From Thermodesulfobacteriota bacterium (lineage in GTDB: Bacteria > Desulfobacterota > Binatia > Bin18): DNA of 64,000 bases. The stretch lies in assembly GCA_964291405.2 (NCBI GenBank), contig OZ219926.1:3040001-3104000 (forward strand). Direction: 5' to 3'. Under the pieces are notes generated by a model that was not told where the DNA came from, did not search any database, and saw only the letters and a list, made by a program, of their open reading frames with translations. Shown here in pieces: positions 46,395 through 55,984 of the stretch (position 1 is its first letter; every line of letters begins with the position of its first letter). The translations under genes and the position numbers were made by a program.

Positions 46395-49300
46395 TTACGC
46401 TTCTTTCCTCACCCGACGGCCCCTCCATATCCCTGTCACTATCAATAAGAAGATAAGCAGGATAAGCCAATAGGCCGTCTGTGAATGGACTTCTTGAGCA
46501 GCAGGCTGTGCCGTGTCCTTTTCTGGACTATCGACTTGCCCGCTGTCCTCAAGATTTATTTCTGTAATGCGGGTTGGCGCTCGTTCCGTGTTTACGTCAC
46601 CCTCTGCAATGCGGGTGTCATCAAGCAATTGTTGCAAGGCTTTTGCCATATCGGCCGCCAGTCTTGGCATGACCCAGGGAAAAACGGGATGATCCGGTGT
46701 CGTATGGCCGCTGCCTGGTAGCCCATGCGTCAATACTTTATTCACAAAGGCTCTGGCTAGGTCTTCAAGCCGTTCGTCGTTCGCCTGCCAAAAACCTTTT
46801 TGCGCAGCGACCAGCATAATGGCCTCGATATTGATTTTTACATGGATGTTTTCATGCTCCTCAAGAAAACGGTCAAGATCGATATCATAGCGGTCCTGCA
46901 AATACACCGCGTCCACCTCATCCCACACGCGGCTGGTGATAATATCCGGGTTTGTGACCTGCCATCCCCATAGATACTCGATAAACTCGGACCCCATTGT
47001 CCGCGCGCCCGCATAGCCGTGTTCCATCAGCGGTTTCAACCACTCGGGGTTCAAGAACCGGCCACGCAGCTCACCCAGAAGCGCGCTGGTGAGCGGTTGC
47101 AGGCTCGCATTTTCAGGGTCCGCATGATGAATGACCTTATTCTCAGGCGTTTTGCCCGTCAGCGTTTCAACGGCCAGGCTGAGGCCGCCCAGATAATCAA
47201 ACGCGTCGTTATTATCCAGCAAGCCGTACAGATTGCTGGCCCGGCCCAGATAGGTATTCTTGACGGAAGAGAGATGGCGCCTGAACACGGTATGCGCCGG
47301 AATCCCGTGCCGGGTGGCGCTATAAGCGTGTCCCATACGAGCAATATAGACCGCACCAAGCTCCTCACGTTCTTCCCACGCCCCGGAGCGTTCTGCCAGC
47401 CGGTTCACCCCTGCGCCGTATGTACCGGGCGCGGCCCCAAACAAGCGCAGTGCAGCCCTCTCCCCCGCCCGTTCGAGCGCTGTTCCCGCAGCTATTTCTT
47501 TTTGGGTATCCGCAATCCAGTGCGCGGCAACGTCATTGACCTCAATCGGTTCCGCGCTACCTGTTGCCAGTGCTCCGAGCGGCGCCAGCGCCTGATCCAG
47601 TGCGGGAATCAGATCAGGATGGATCGAACGAATATGGCGACTCGAACCATCCAGGGCAAGCAACACCGCCTTATCAAGCAAGACCAGTTGTTGGCCGTAT
47701 AAATCGCGGAACAAGCCCGAGGAGATAAAAACGGTGTCCAGGCGACGGCGCCTCTTGTGTGTCAGGGGCAGGCGTTCAATTCCGGTGACAATACCCCGGG
47801 TATTCCACACCGGCTTGATGCCCAGTAAGTCCAGCCCGAAGGCAATCATGGCCCCTTCGTCCCGTACAGTATCAGAAGCCCATAAGATCACCGCTTCCCG
47901 CCCATCTTCTGTGGTGTCGTTATCCTCGACGGCTTTGACAGCCAACTCCTGTCCCATGGCATAGCCCAGCTGTGTTGGTAAAACGGAGCTATCGAGCGCA
48001 TAGAAATTCCGCCCAGTCGGCAGGGCCTCAGGCGTGCGGATCGGATCGTTGCCTTTGCCTGGCTCCACAAACGCCCCATTCAGGGCATTGAGAAAAGCAG
48101 TGCGCTCCGCTTTCGGGGAGTTTTGCAGCGGGAAACGAAAGGCCGTACTCTTGGCGTCATCACCATCACTAATGGAAGCCAGCATGAGTTGAACCGCCTC
48201 AGCGTCCCACTCCCTGCCGAAAATATGTAAACCGCGCGGCATGAAATCTTCCTGCAACTGGGTCAGATAATGCCCCACCTCATGGACAAGAAACTCACCG
48301 TCCGCTTCCTCAAAGCTGATACCCCGCGCTTGCAATTCTTCTTCCATCGAAGCGCTCAGTTCATCCTTCAGATTCAGCGTAGTGATCAAATCCCGCATAG
48401 CGGTTAAGGCACGGGTTTTTGCCGGGGCCGCACTATCCGGCCCGGAGGCTTCATAGGATTCGACGAGTTGCCTGAGACGCAAGAGGTCGTCATAGAGGGG
48501 AGTGACCCCAAGGGGCGGGGTGAGATGGTCAACCATGATTGCAAGGCCGCGGCGTTTGGCCTGTATGCCTTCGCCGACGCCATCAACAATATATGGATAG
48601 ATTCCGGGGATCGTCGCAGCAATTTGCAGTGGGTAATCGCTGGCACTGACCCCAACACCGTGCCGCGGTAAGAACTCATAGGTTGAGTGGCGTCCGACAT
48701 GCACGAGGGCATCGGCTTGAAACTCTTTCTGGAGCCACAGATAAAATGCCAGATACTGGTGAGGTGGTGGGAAGCTCATATTTGCGTGGAGCAATTCCTC
48801 GTTGAGTTCCCAACCGCGCGGAGGTTGCGGGCCGATGAAAATATTCCCGAACCGAAGACCTGGAAGCAGGATATTTCCGGCATGCACCATAATCCTGCCG
48901 GGTGCCGGGCCCCAGCCGCGCAAGCCTTCTATCCCCGTTTTTGTCAAGGCATGTGTCAGAGCGTCTATTTCCGGAAAATCAGGCTCGCCACCTATAGCCC
49001 GTTCATATTCTGCCTGTAATTGATGCAGGAGCTTCAGCGCACGATCTTTTGCCGGGTGCCGGACCCCTTCAAGAACATGCTCAATATCGCCGGTCACGCG
49101 CTTCGCCAGTTTTTTCGCAGTGACGACTTCCCCTTCAGCCAGCATGCGTTTCAACTGGGCATTCAGATACCCCAGCGGACCCTCAACCATTTCAGATTGT
49201 AGACTGGCGGGCAGAGCGCCTAGCCAATTCTCATATTTCGCTTTGGATATATTGGTCACCTTTGCAGCCATAGCGGCAATGGCCTGGCGGTCTTCCGGCA

Positions 49301-50723
49301 GGTTCGTGGCCTTTTCCTGGATAAGCCTGAGCAACGCTTCCGGGCTTTCGGGCAACTCACCGGTGCGATAGCCTGCACTTTTCATCCAGGTGAGCATCTC
49401 ATGCAGTGAGGCTGGGACATCCAGATTATCCGCCCCGATATTATGTCGTCCCGGCGGATGGTTGTAATAGATAATGGCGAGCTTCTTTTCGGCATTCTGT
49501 TTTTGCCGAAGCCGCCGCCAGGCATCTATCCGACCGATCGTCAGACTGATCTGATCATCAATAGGCAGTGTTTGTGTCAGCCGGACTCCGGTCACAGGGT
49601 CCGTATCTTCAGGAGAGGCTGCGGCTACGACAAGGGGCTGTCCAATACCTTGCAACTCAGGCATGGCAATACGATAGTGTACCGAATCCCAGGGCAGGCC
49701 GTCGTCCGAGTAGCGCCATTCCGCTTCCGTACGGTCAGTGACACGAATGGCTTTCAGAACGGGCACCCCGATTTCTACGATATGTCTGAGTGATGCCTGG
49801 CGGCCTTCACCGCCGCCAATGACAAAATCTTGCAAAGAGATGACTCCCGCGACAGGAAACTGCCGGTTCAAATCTGCTATTTTTTTAAGCGCGGCCGTGC
49901 TCGCTTCTCCCCAACGGGCAAAAAATGCGAGGCATTGCATGCCTTTTGTTTCGGCCTCGGTACACAGGTGGTTGACGGTATCAATGTCACCCGCTCGGTC
50001 ACCAGTGTCATGATCGACGATAGCGATCCAGCCGTTGGCGGATTGCGCTAGAATGGCGGCTTCGTCTGTAATAAACCTGCCACCCGAATAGACTCGAAGG
50101 CTGGGCCGCTCTACAAGAGCGACCGGCGTAATGGTCGCGTCTATTTCAGCCGCTAAATGTTCGAGAAAACCCAACATGTTTTCCCGTCCCCGGCCCTGCC
50201 AGTAGGCTTTCAGGGCTAACCACTTTTGTTGACCGGGATGCTGTTTTTGCCTGCGTTCAAGCCAGGTTTGCAAAGTCTCATTCTTGGCGAGGCTTTTGGT
50301 CAAAGCCAGAATTTGTTGGCCGCTCATACCTGCAAAAACTGGGATCTTTTGGTTTCGGGAAAGTTCCACAAGACGCTGAGTCGAGCTGACAGCATAAAAA
50401 ATCTTTGACGCGGCATGCGTCTCCAAGAGCTTCGTGAAACGGGCGACCTGGTCACCAAAAAATGCCGACGCTGAAATGACACTTGCCTGTTCAAGCTCCT
50501 GCACAATCGCCCTATCACTCATCTGGCGAAGCTGTGACGGTGTCCTGAGAACAATTCTGTAGCCCGGATGCTTATCAAGAAATGCGGCTGCACCAGATGC
50601 CAGAGTAGAGGCTGAGCGATCAGAGACAATGCCAAAGACGTATTTATCTGGAGTGAAAGCCGAAGTCGCAGCACCCTCCAATAACAGCACCGCTATAAAA
50701 AGGTATCTGAGGAAACAGCTCAC
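46395..50723 (-). CDS. exported, membrane-anchored CobN/Mg-chelatase family protein (HmuS/BtuS-like)
   Basis: YYNHPPG, PQPPRG, PPPHQYLAFY, HVGRHSTYEFLP, LPTGRNFY, NPEW...MEHGYAGAR; N-terminal signal peptide (GTG 50723) and C-terminal TM. Confidence 0.92.
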   Translation of the reverse strand: MSCFLRYLFIAVLLLEGAATSAFTPDKYVFGIVSDRSASTLASGAAAFLDKHPGYRIVLRTPSQLRQMSDRAIVQELEQASVISASAFFGDQVARFTKLLETHAASKIFYAVSSTQRLVELSRNQKIPVFAGMSGQQILALTKSLAKNETLQTWLERRQKQHPGQQKWLALKAYWQGRGRENMLGFLEHLAAEIDATITPVALVERPSLRVYSGGRFITDEAAILAQSANGWIAIVDHDTGDRAGDIDTVNHLCTEAETKGMQCLAFFARWGEASTAALKKIADLNRQFPVAGVISLQDFVIGGGEGRQASLRHIVEIGVPVLKAIRVTDRTEAEWRYSDDGLPWDSVHYRIAMPELQGIGQPLVVAAASPEDTDPVTGVRLTQTLPIDDQISLTIGRIDAWRRLRQKQNAEKKLAIIYYNHPPGRHNIGADNLDVPASLHEMLTWMKSAGYRTGELPESPEALLRLIQEKATNLPEDRQAIAAMAAKVTNISKAKYENWLGALPASLQSEMVEGPLGYLNAQLKRMLAEGEVVTAKKLAKRVTGDIEHVLEGVRHPAKDRALKLLHQLQAEYERAIGGEPDFPEIDALTHALTKTGIEGLRGWGPAPGRIMVHAGNILLPGLRFGNIFIGPQPPRGWELNEELLHANMSFPPPHQYLAFYLWLQKEFQADALVHVGRHSTYEFLPRHGVGVSASDYPLQIAATIPGIYPYIVDGVGEGIQAKRRGLAIMVDHLTPPLGVTPLYDDLLRLRQLVESYEASGPDSAAPAKTRALTAMRDLITTLNLKDELSASMEEELQARGISFEEADGEFLVHEVGHYLTQLQEDFMPRGLHIFGREWDAEAVQLMLASISDGDDAKSTAFRFPLQNSPKAERTAFLNALNGAFVEPGKGNDPIRTPEALPTGRNFYALDSSVLPTQLGYAMGQELAVKAVEDNDTTEDGREAVILWASDTVRDEGAMIAFGLDLLGIKPVWNTRGIVTGIERLPLTHKRRRRLDTVFISSGLFRDLYGQQLVLLDKAVLLALDGSSRHIRSIHPDLIPALDQALAPLGALATGSAEPIEVNDVAAHWIADTQKEIAAGTALERAGERAALRLFGAAPGTYGAGVNRLAERSGAWEEREELGAVYIARMGHAYSATRHGIPAHTVFRRHLSSVKNTYLGRASNLYGLLDNNDAFDYLGGLSLAVETLTGKTPENKVIHHADPENASLQPLTSALLGELRGRFLNPEWLKPLMEHGYAGARTMGSEFIEYLWGWQVTNPDIITSRVWDEVDAVYLQDRYDIDLDRFLEEHENIHVKINIEAIMLVAAQKGFWQANDERLEDLARAFVNKVLTHGLPGSGHTTPDHPVFPWVMPRLAADMAKALQQLLDDTRIAEGDVNTERAPTRITEINLEDSGQVDSPEKDTAQPAAQEVHSQTAYWLILLIFLLIVTGIWRGRRVRKEA

Positions 50724-50733
50724 CGGGTTGACC

Positions 50734-50955
50734 TTAACACTTGAACAGAGGATTACGTGCAGAACAGTGCGAATGCATGGTAGCGCTAGGCGTTCTCCGT
50801 TCCGCCGATCCAATAGACACCCTCACAGCGTCCATCACGATTGGATAGATAGACAGAGAGCTGGCGGATTCGAACCGGAATGCCGGTGCCGTACTTACCA
50901 CTGTTGTGAGGGCCGCACAAGACAGGAATCGGTTTCCCAACTCGAACTTCTCCAT
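50734..50955 (-). CDS. small hypothetical ORF or gene remnant upstream of the chelatase
   Basis: GAAAGGA RBS before ATG 50955; signal-peptide-like start; ends 10 bp before the chelatase start. Confidence 0.35.
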   Translation of the reverse strand: MEKFELGNRFLSCAALTTVVSTAPAFRFESASSLSIYPIVMDAVRVSIGSAERRTPSATMHSHCSARNPLFKC

Positions 50956-51083
50956 TCGTTTCCTTTCACTCAGAAATGCGTACAGATAACCTGCAGGGGC
51001 GAACCTCTATGACTGAGCCTGTGACTTTGGTACGTTGCGAGCCACCCACACGTGCCAGACGTGTCACAGGAGGAGGGAAGTGC

Positions 51084-51623
51084 ATGGCTGAACACATCAA
51101 GGTCAAAATCAAACCACTCACCGCCGAAGCCTTTGCGCCCTACGGTAAAGTCCTGGAACAGAAAAAGCTGATCTATCCCGAGGTCGAAGAGGGCAGGGTG
51201 GCCATGGAAATGCTGTCGTTCCAGTATCGGCCCAACGCCAGAATCATGGACCAGATGGCCATCCATTTTTCCTACAACCAGACCTTCATCCCTGTGCAGG
51301 GCTCTTTGATTCTGGTTGTTGCCCCACCCCCCGACAGCCGCGAGGGGGGTCCTGAGGAATATGCGTTTGATTATGACAACGTGGCGGCCTTTAATGTCGA
51401 TCCCGGTCAGGCGGCCTTTATCTATAAGGGCACCTGGCACAACGCGTTGACCCTGGGCAAAGAGTGCTCGTTTATCAACGTGACCCGTAAGAACGAGGGC
51501 GAGGGCATCAGTCCCGCCGGCGAGATGGAAGGCAAGATCGAGCAGGCCCACGCCGTGCGCTCGTATGTCGAATTCGTAGACATGAAGAATCGGGACGGGC
51601 GGGTAATTGAGCTCGAAGTCTGA
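51084..51623 (+). CDS. ureidoglycolate lyase family (cupin) protein
   Basis: PLTAEAFAPYG, H..YNQTFIP, LVVAPP, PGQ...IYKGTWH. Confidence 0.85.
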   Translation: MAEHIKVKIKPLTAEAFAPYGKVLEQKKLIYPEVEEGRVAMEMLSFQYRPNARIMDQMAIHFSYNQTFIPVQGSLILVVAPPPDSREGGPEEYAFDYDNVAAFNVDPGQAAFIYKGTWHNALTLGKECSFINVTRKNEGEGISPAGEMEGKIEQAHAVRSYVEFVDMKNRDGRVIELEV

Positions 51624-51634
51624 GGAGGGAGCCC

Positions 51635-52750
51635 GTGACGTATAAGATCATCTCTGCTGACTCCCATATGTGCGAGCCGCCGACGCTGTGGGTGGACCGC
51701 ATAGAGCAGCGGTTTCGTGACCAGGCCCCCAGGGTGATCAAAAACCCCGGCGATAAAAAAGGCCACTTCTTTATGTGCCAAGACCTGCCGCCGCTCCGTC
51801 TCTCCGGGGCGTTTGCTGCGGGTCAGACGTTTAATAAGGACTTTATGGAAGCCGGACCCGAGGACGCCCTGCCCGGTGGCTGGGACCCCGCGGCCCGGCT
51901 GAAAGACATGGAGTTGGACGGCATTCAGGCCGAAGTCCTGTACACTACCTGTGCCTTTGTCCTGTTCTGGCTGGAAGACGCCGCGCTGCAACAAGCCTGC
52001 TTCCGGGTCTATAACGACTGGCTGGCCGAGTTTTGCAGTTATGATCCCAAGAAGTTTGCTGGCCTGGGGCTGATCTCTCTGTTTGATATCGAGCAGGGCT
52101 GTGCCGAGCTTGAACGGTGTAAAAAGATGGGCCTCAAAGGGGCCATGATCTGGGCCTCGCCGCCCGATGACCAGCCCTACGGCTCGGCGGCCTATGAGCG
52201 CTTCTGGGCGACGGCTCAAGAGCTTGAGATGCCCCTGTCGCTGCATCTGGCGACCGGACGCAGTAAGGACAGCCAACAGGACGAGTCGGACATTGCCGAA
52301 CTGTATGTGCGTATGATTATTCGCCCCAGTGAGATGCAGCATTCCTTTTTACGGCTGGTCTTCAGCGGGGTGTTGGAACGCTTCCAGCAACTCAAGTTTG
52401 TCTCCGCCGAAGGCGATATCGCCTGGGTGCCGCACTTATTGGAGCGGGCGGATAAATACTACCGGCGGTTTAAGCAAGGCTATGGGGTGAAGCTGTCACT
52501 CAAACCGAGCGAGTACTTCCAGCGCCAGATGTACGCCACTTTTATTGATGACCCCATGGGGCTCAAGACCTACACCCTGGCCGGTGGGGCGGAGAACTTC
52601 ATGTGGTCCACCGATTATCCGCATCAGGCCTCAACCTTTCCGCACACCCAGGAAACGCTGGAGCGAGCCTTTCAGGATGTGCCGGAAGCAGATAAACAAA
52701 AGATGACACGCGATAACGCGTCGAAGCTATACGGATTGCCAGTGGAGTAG
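51635..52750 (+). CDS. amidohydrolase_2 family protein
   Basis: ISADSH..EP, RLKDMELDGI.AEVLY, LSLH, MWSTDYPH. Confidence 0.92.
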   Translation: MTYKIISADSHMCEPPTLWVDRIEQRFRDQAPRVIKNPGDKKGHFFMCQDLPPLRLSGAFAAGQTFNKDFMEAGPEDALPGGWDPAARLKDMELDGIQAEVLYTTCAFVLFWLEDAALQQACFRVYNDWLAEFCSYDPKKFAGLGLISLFDIEQGCAELERCKKMGLKGAMIWASPPDDQPYGSAAYERFWATAQELEMPLSLHLATGRSKDSQQDESDIAELYVRMIIRPSEMQHSFLRLVFSGVLERFQQLKFVSAEGDIAWVPHLLERADKYYRRFKQGYGVKLSLKPSEYFQRQMYATFIDDPMGLKTYTLAGGAENFMWSTDYPHQASTFPHTQETLERAFQDVPEADKQKMTRDNASKLYGLPVE

Positions 52751-52754
52751 GCAT

Positions 52755-54011
52755 ATGCAGACACAACACAACGGAAATGGCAGCCATGGCACTTCTTTTT
52801 CCTGGCCGGCAGAGGGTGGCGCACGGGTGCCCTATCAGGTCTTTTATGACCCCGACATTTACGCCCAGGAGCAGGACAAGCTCTTTCGTGGTCCCATCTG
52901 GAACTATGTGGCGCTCGAAGCCGAAGTGGCGCAGCCGGGTGATTTCAAATCTACCTTTATCGGCGACACGCCTGTTGTGGTCACGCGCGACAAAGAGGGC
53001 GGCCTGAATGCCTTCGTGAATCGCTGCGCGCATCGTGGCGCCATGGTCTGCCGTGAACTGAGCGGCAACCGCCCGACCCATACCTGCATCTACCACCAGT
53101 GGAGCTATGATCTCAAAGGCAATCTGACCGGGGTGCCATTCAAGAAAGGGATTGGGGGTGTGGGCGGCTATGGCGAGGATTTTGATCGGGCCAAGCATTC
53201 GCTCCAAAAACTCCGCGTTGCCGCCTATCGCGGCCTGATCTTCGCCTCGTTCAACCCGGACGTTGAGCCGCTGGAGGACTATCTCAGTCCACCCATGCGA
53301 GAATGGCTGGACCGCCTTTTCAATCGTCCCATCCAGGTCCTGGGCCATACCCGCCAGTGGGTGAACGCCAACTGGAAGCTGTATTTTGAAAACGTCAAAG
53401 ACCCGTATCACGCCAGCCTGCTGCATGTGTTCCATGCTACGTTTGGCCTGTACCGTTCGTCACAACAGGGCGGGGTCATCATGGACACTCACTCACGGCA
53501 TGACGTGCTGCACGCCAAGCCGCAGGCCGAGGAAGACCTCTCGACGTATGAATCCGGGCTGCACAGCTATCAAAAGGGCTATCAGCTTGCCGACCCGTCC
53601 GTGCTCAAAGGGCGACCCGAGTTTGAGGGCCTCTTTATCCAGACCATCTTCCCCTGTCTGATTGTTCAGCAGATTGCCAACACGCTGGCCGTCAGGCAGG
53701 TTCTGCCCAAGGCGCCAGATCGCTTTGAGCTGATCTTCACCTATTTCGGTTATGAGGACGACGACGAGGAAATGCGTGAGATTCGGCTGAAACAGGCCAA
53801 CCTGGTCGGTCCGGCCGGTCTGATTTCCATGGAAGACGGCTATGCGGCCGAGATCGTCCAGCAATCGGTGACGGGCGATCACAGCGCGACGTCCTTTGTT
53901 GAAATGGGGGGAACCGAGGTCGCCAACGAACAGAGCCTCATTACGGAAACCGCTATCCGCGGGTTTTGGGGCTATTACCGCGACACCATGGGCTTTCACG
54001 TGGGCGCGTAA
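52755..54011 (+). CDS. Rieske aromatic ring-hydroxylating oxygenase alpha subunit (salicylate 5-hydroxylase/anthranilate dioxygenase-like)
   Basis: NRCAHRG...CIYHQW Rieske motif; NWKLYFENVKDPYHASLLH; GPAGLISMED. Confidence 0.94.
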   Translation: MQTQHNGNGSHGTSFSWPAEGGARVPYQVFYDPDIYAQEQDKLFRGPIWNYVALEAEVAQPGDFKSTFIGDTPVVVTRDKEGGLNAFVNRCAHRGAMVCRELSGNRPTHTCIYHQWSYDLKGNLTGVPFKKGIGGVGGYGEDFDRAKHSLQKLRVAAYRGLIFASFNPDVEPLEDYLSPPMREWLDRLFNRPIQVLGHTRQWVNANWKLYFENVKDPYHASLLHVFHATFGLYRSSQQGGVIMDTHSRHDVLHAKPQAEEDLSTYESGLHSYQKGYQLADPSVLKGRPEFEGLFIQTIFPCLIVQQIANTLAVRQVLPKAPDRFELIFTYFGYEDDDEEMREIRLKQANLVGPAGLISMEDGYAAEIVQQSVTGDHSATSFVEMGGTEVANEQSLITETAIRGFWGYYRDTMGFHVGA

Positions 54012-54020
54012 ACGGGAAGG

Positions 54021-54524
54021 GTGACGGCTATGAGCGGCATGAGCGCTATTGAAACCCGTTTTGCGGTTGAAGACCTGCTGCACGCCTATGTAGCCTGTCT
54101 GGATAATGACGAGCTCGAAGACTGGCCGAATTTTTTTGTCGAAGAATGCCTGTATCAGATCATCCCCCATGAGAATGTGTCGCAGGATCTGCCCATCTCG
54201 CTGATCTATTGTGACAGCCGAGGGATGTTGCAGGACCGCGTGACCGCCTACCGCAAGGCCAATTACTATGCGCCCCATCTGTACCGCCACGTGGTCAGCG
54301 GGGTGCGGATCATCGGCGAGGACAACGGCGTGATTGAGGCTCGCGCCAACTATGTGGTGCTCCAGACCCATCTGGACCCGGTCGATTACGGCAGCACCGA
54401 GGTGTATAGCGCCGGCGAGTATCGAGACAAAGTGATCATCAACGACGGGGTTGCCAAGCTGAAAGAGAAGATCGTGGTGGTTGACACCAGTCGGATCTCG
54501 TCGCTGCTGGCAACGCCGCTGTAA
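54021..54524 (+). CDS. ring-hydroxylating oxygenase beta subunit
   Basis: LEDWPNFF, CDSRGMLQDRV, RHVVS, GEYRD, LLATPL. Confidence 0.92.
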   Translation: MTAMSGMSAIETRFAVEDLLHAYVACLDNDELEDWPNFFVEECLYQIIPHENVSQDLPISLIYCDSRGMLQDRVTAYRKANYYAPHLYRHVVSGVRIIGEDNGVIEARANYVVLQTHLDPVDYGSTEVYSAGEYRDKVIINDGVAKLKEKIVVVDTSRISSLLATPL

Positions 54525-54538
54525 CGGTTCTGTCTCTC

Positions 54539-54730
54539 ATGAAAAAGACGGTCCAAAGATTTCGTAGCTTCGAGGAAGCAGACGAAGCCGACTACGTGTA
54601 TTACCAATCCCTGTCCGGTGACGAGAAGCTCCAGATATTGCTTGAGCTCATCATGCCCGAGAACCCCAATGAGGCAGTTATCGAGCGATCTGCGCGAGTT
54701 CATCCGCTTGCTGAACACGAAGAATGTTAA
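54539..54730 (+). CDS. small hypothetical protein, partner of the nucleotidyltransferase
   Basis: 63 aa, FRSFEEADEAD..YYQSLSGDEKLQILLEL; overlaps the next gene. Confidence 0.7.
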   Translation: MKKTVQRFRSFEEADEADYVYYQSLSGDEKLQILLELIMPENPNEAVIERSARVHPLAEHEEC

Positions 54731-55124
54731 GTATGTGGTCGTGGGTGCCTGGGCGCTCGCCTTCCACGGGCGGCCTCGTTATACCGGAGACCTCGACCTC
54801 TTTGTGGCCTGCGACCCGGACAACGCGGCAAAGTTGACGGATGTACTTGACGAGTTCGGATTCGGCGGTATTGGCGTTGAGCGTGAAGATTTTTTGCAAG
54901 AAGACGTGGTGATTCAGCTCGGCATGGTTCCGAATCGGATCGATCTGCTCACCGGGATCAGTGGGGTGACGTTCGAGGAAGCGTGGGCCGGACGAGAGGT
55001 TGGACATCTCTCAGGGGTCGAACCCAATATCATAAGCCGGGAACATTTGATCAAAAACAAGCGTTCGACAAACCGTGCAAAAGATCGTGGGGATGTCGAG
55101 CTATTAGAAAAGACCAAGCCCTGA
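54669..55124 (+). CDS. nucleotidyltransferase (DUF6036-like)
   Basis: YVVVGAWALAFHGRPRYTGDLD, RIDLLTGISGV.F, LIKNK....RAKD..DVE. Confidence 0.88.
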   Translation: MRQLSSDLREFIRLLNTKNVKYVVVGAWALAFHGRPRYTGDLDLFVACDPDNAAKLTDVLDEFGFGGIGVEREDFLQEDVVIQLGMVPNRIDLLTGISGVTFEEAWAGREVGHLSGVEPNIISREHLIKNKRSTNRAKDRGDVELLEKTKP

Positions 55125-55139
55125 AGGGGCGCGCTGAGG

Positions 55140-55844
55140 CTATTCAAACCCCTGCGTCTCTTCGTCGGCAGTCCGGGGAGCATAGCGCACCGCCCGCTTT
55201 CCGGCCCCCCAGACGATGGCCAGTGAGAGTACGCTCCACAGCCCGGCCCAGATAAAAGCCGGGACTGCGGTCAGCTCCGCCAAAATGACCGCGTCCGTGC
55301 GCATGCCGATAAACAAGAAATCCGTCAGGTCATACACGGCGTACAGCGAACTCGTGACCGCCAGGATGTCCACGATATAGTGTGTGCCCGGAAAAGGCCG
55401 GCGCGAGAGCAGGGCAAAGCTCAGGGCCGTCCCGCAGCCAAATACCAGCCCAAAGCCATTACGCACAAAAACGAGCGTCACCAGCCCGAAGAAGACGGCC
55501 AGTCCAAAGAAGACCGCTGAAGCCCATTCATCCCGGGTTGAAAGCAGGAGCAGCAGGCCACCAAAAAGTGCGCTGCCGATATAGCCGGCAGCGGCAATAA
55601 ACAGCGGGTTGCCACCGACATGCTGGACATAGCCCGACTGCCACGGTGTCACCACCATGGAGATCACCTGTCCGCCGGTGAGAACCGTGGTGAATGCATG
55701 ACCCGCTTCGTGGATAAAGACCACGAAAATTTTAATCGGATAGAGAAACGGCGTGTGCCAGAAAAGCAGCGACACAAAACCGATGGTGAGGAAAACCAGC
55801 AGTTGGCGGAGGTTCAGCGGTCGGAGGTGTTGACTGTCCGGCAT
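55140..55844 (-). CDS. M50B family membrane metallopeptidase
   Basis: HEAGH, AGYIGS, TDA..LA; multiple TM segments. Confidence 0.9.
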   Translation of the reverse strand: MPDSQHLRPLNLRQLLVFLTIGFVSLLFWHTPFLYPIKIFVVFIHEAGHAFTTVLTGGQVISMVVTPWQSGYVQHVGGNPLFIAAAGYIGSALFGGLLLLLSTRDEWASAVFFGLAVFFGLVTLVFVRNGFGLVFGCGTALSFALLSRRPFPGTHYIVDILAVTSSLYAVYDLTDFLFIGMRTDAVILAELTAVPAFIWAGLWSVLSLAIVWGAGKRAVRYAPRTADEETQGFE

Positions 55845-55855
55845 AGTTCATTTCC

Positions 55856-55880
55856 TGGGAGCGCGGGCATCTTGCCCGCC
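55856..55880 (+). repeat. REP-like hairpin
   Basis: GGGAGCGCGGGCATCTTGCCCGC (GCGGGCA/TGCCCGC stem); single copy in the window, at the edge of the defence operon. Confidence 0.35.
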
Positions 55881-55984
55881 CAGCGCAAGTGGGGGGCACG
55901 CCCTGAGAGCACATAGCCTGCACTATACGCAAGAGAAATACTTCAGGTAAAGTAAGCCGGAGCAAAAAAGGTTCCGAAGCAATC

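Noticed and set aside
50956-51083. Cobalamin riboswitch upstream of the chelatase
   Set aside because: No recognisable B12-box or GGGAA/GCCACTG core; an Rfam scan would settle it
45571-51083. Mobile element boundaries for the chelatase cassette
   Set aside because: No integrase, transposase, terminal repeats or target duplication found by eye
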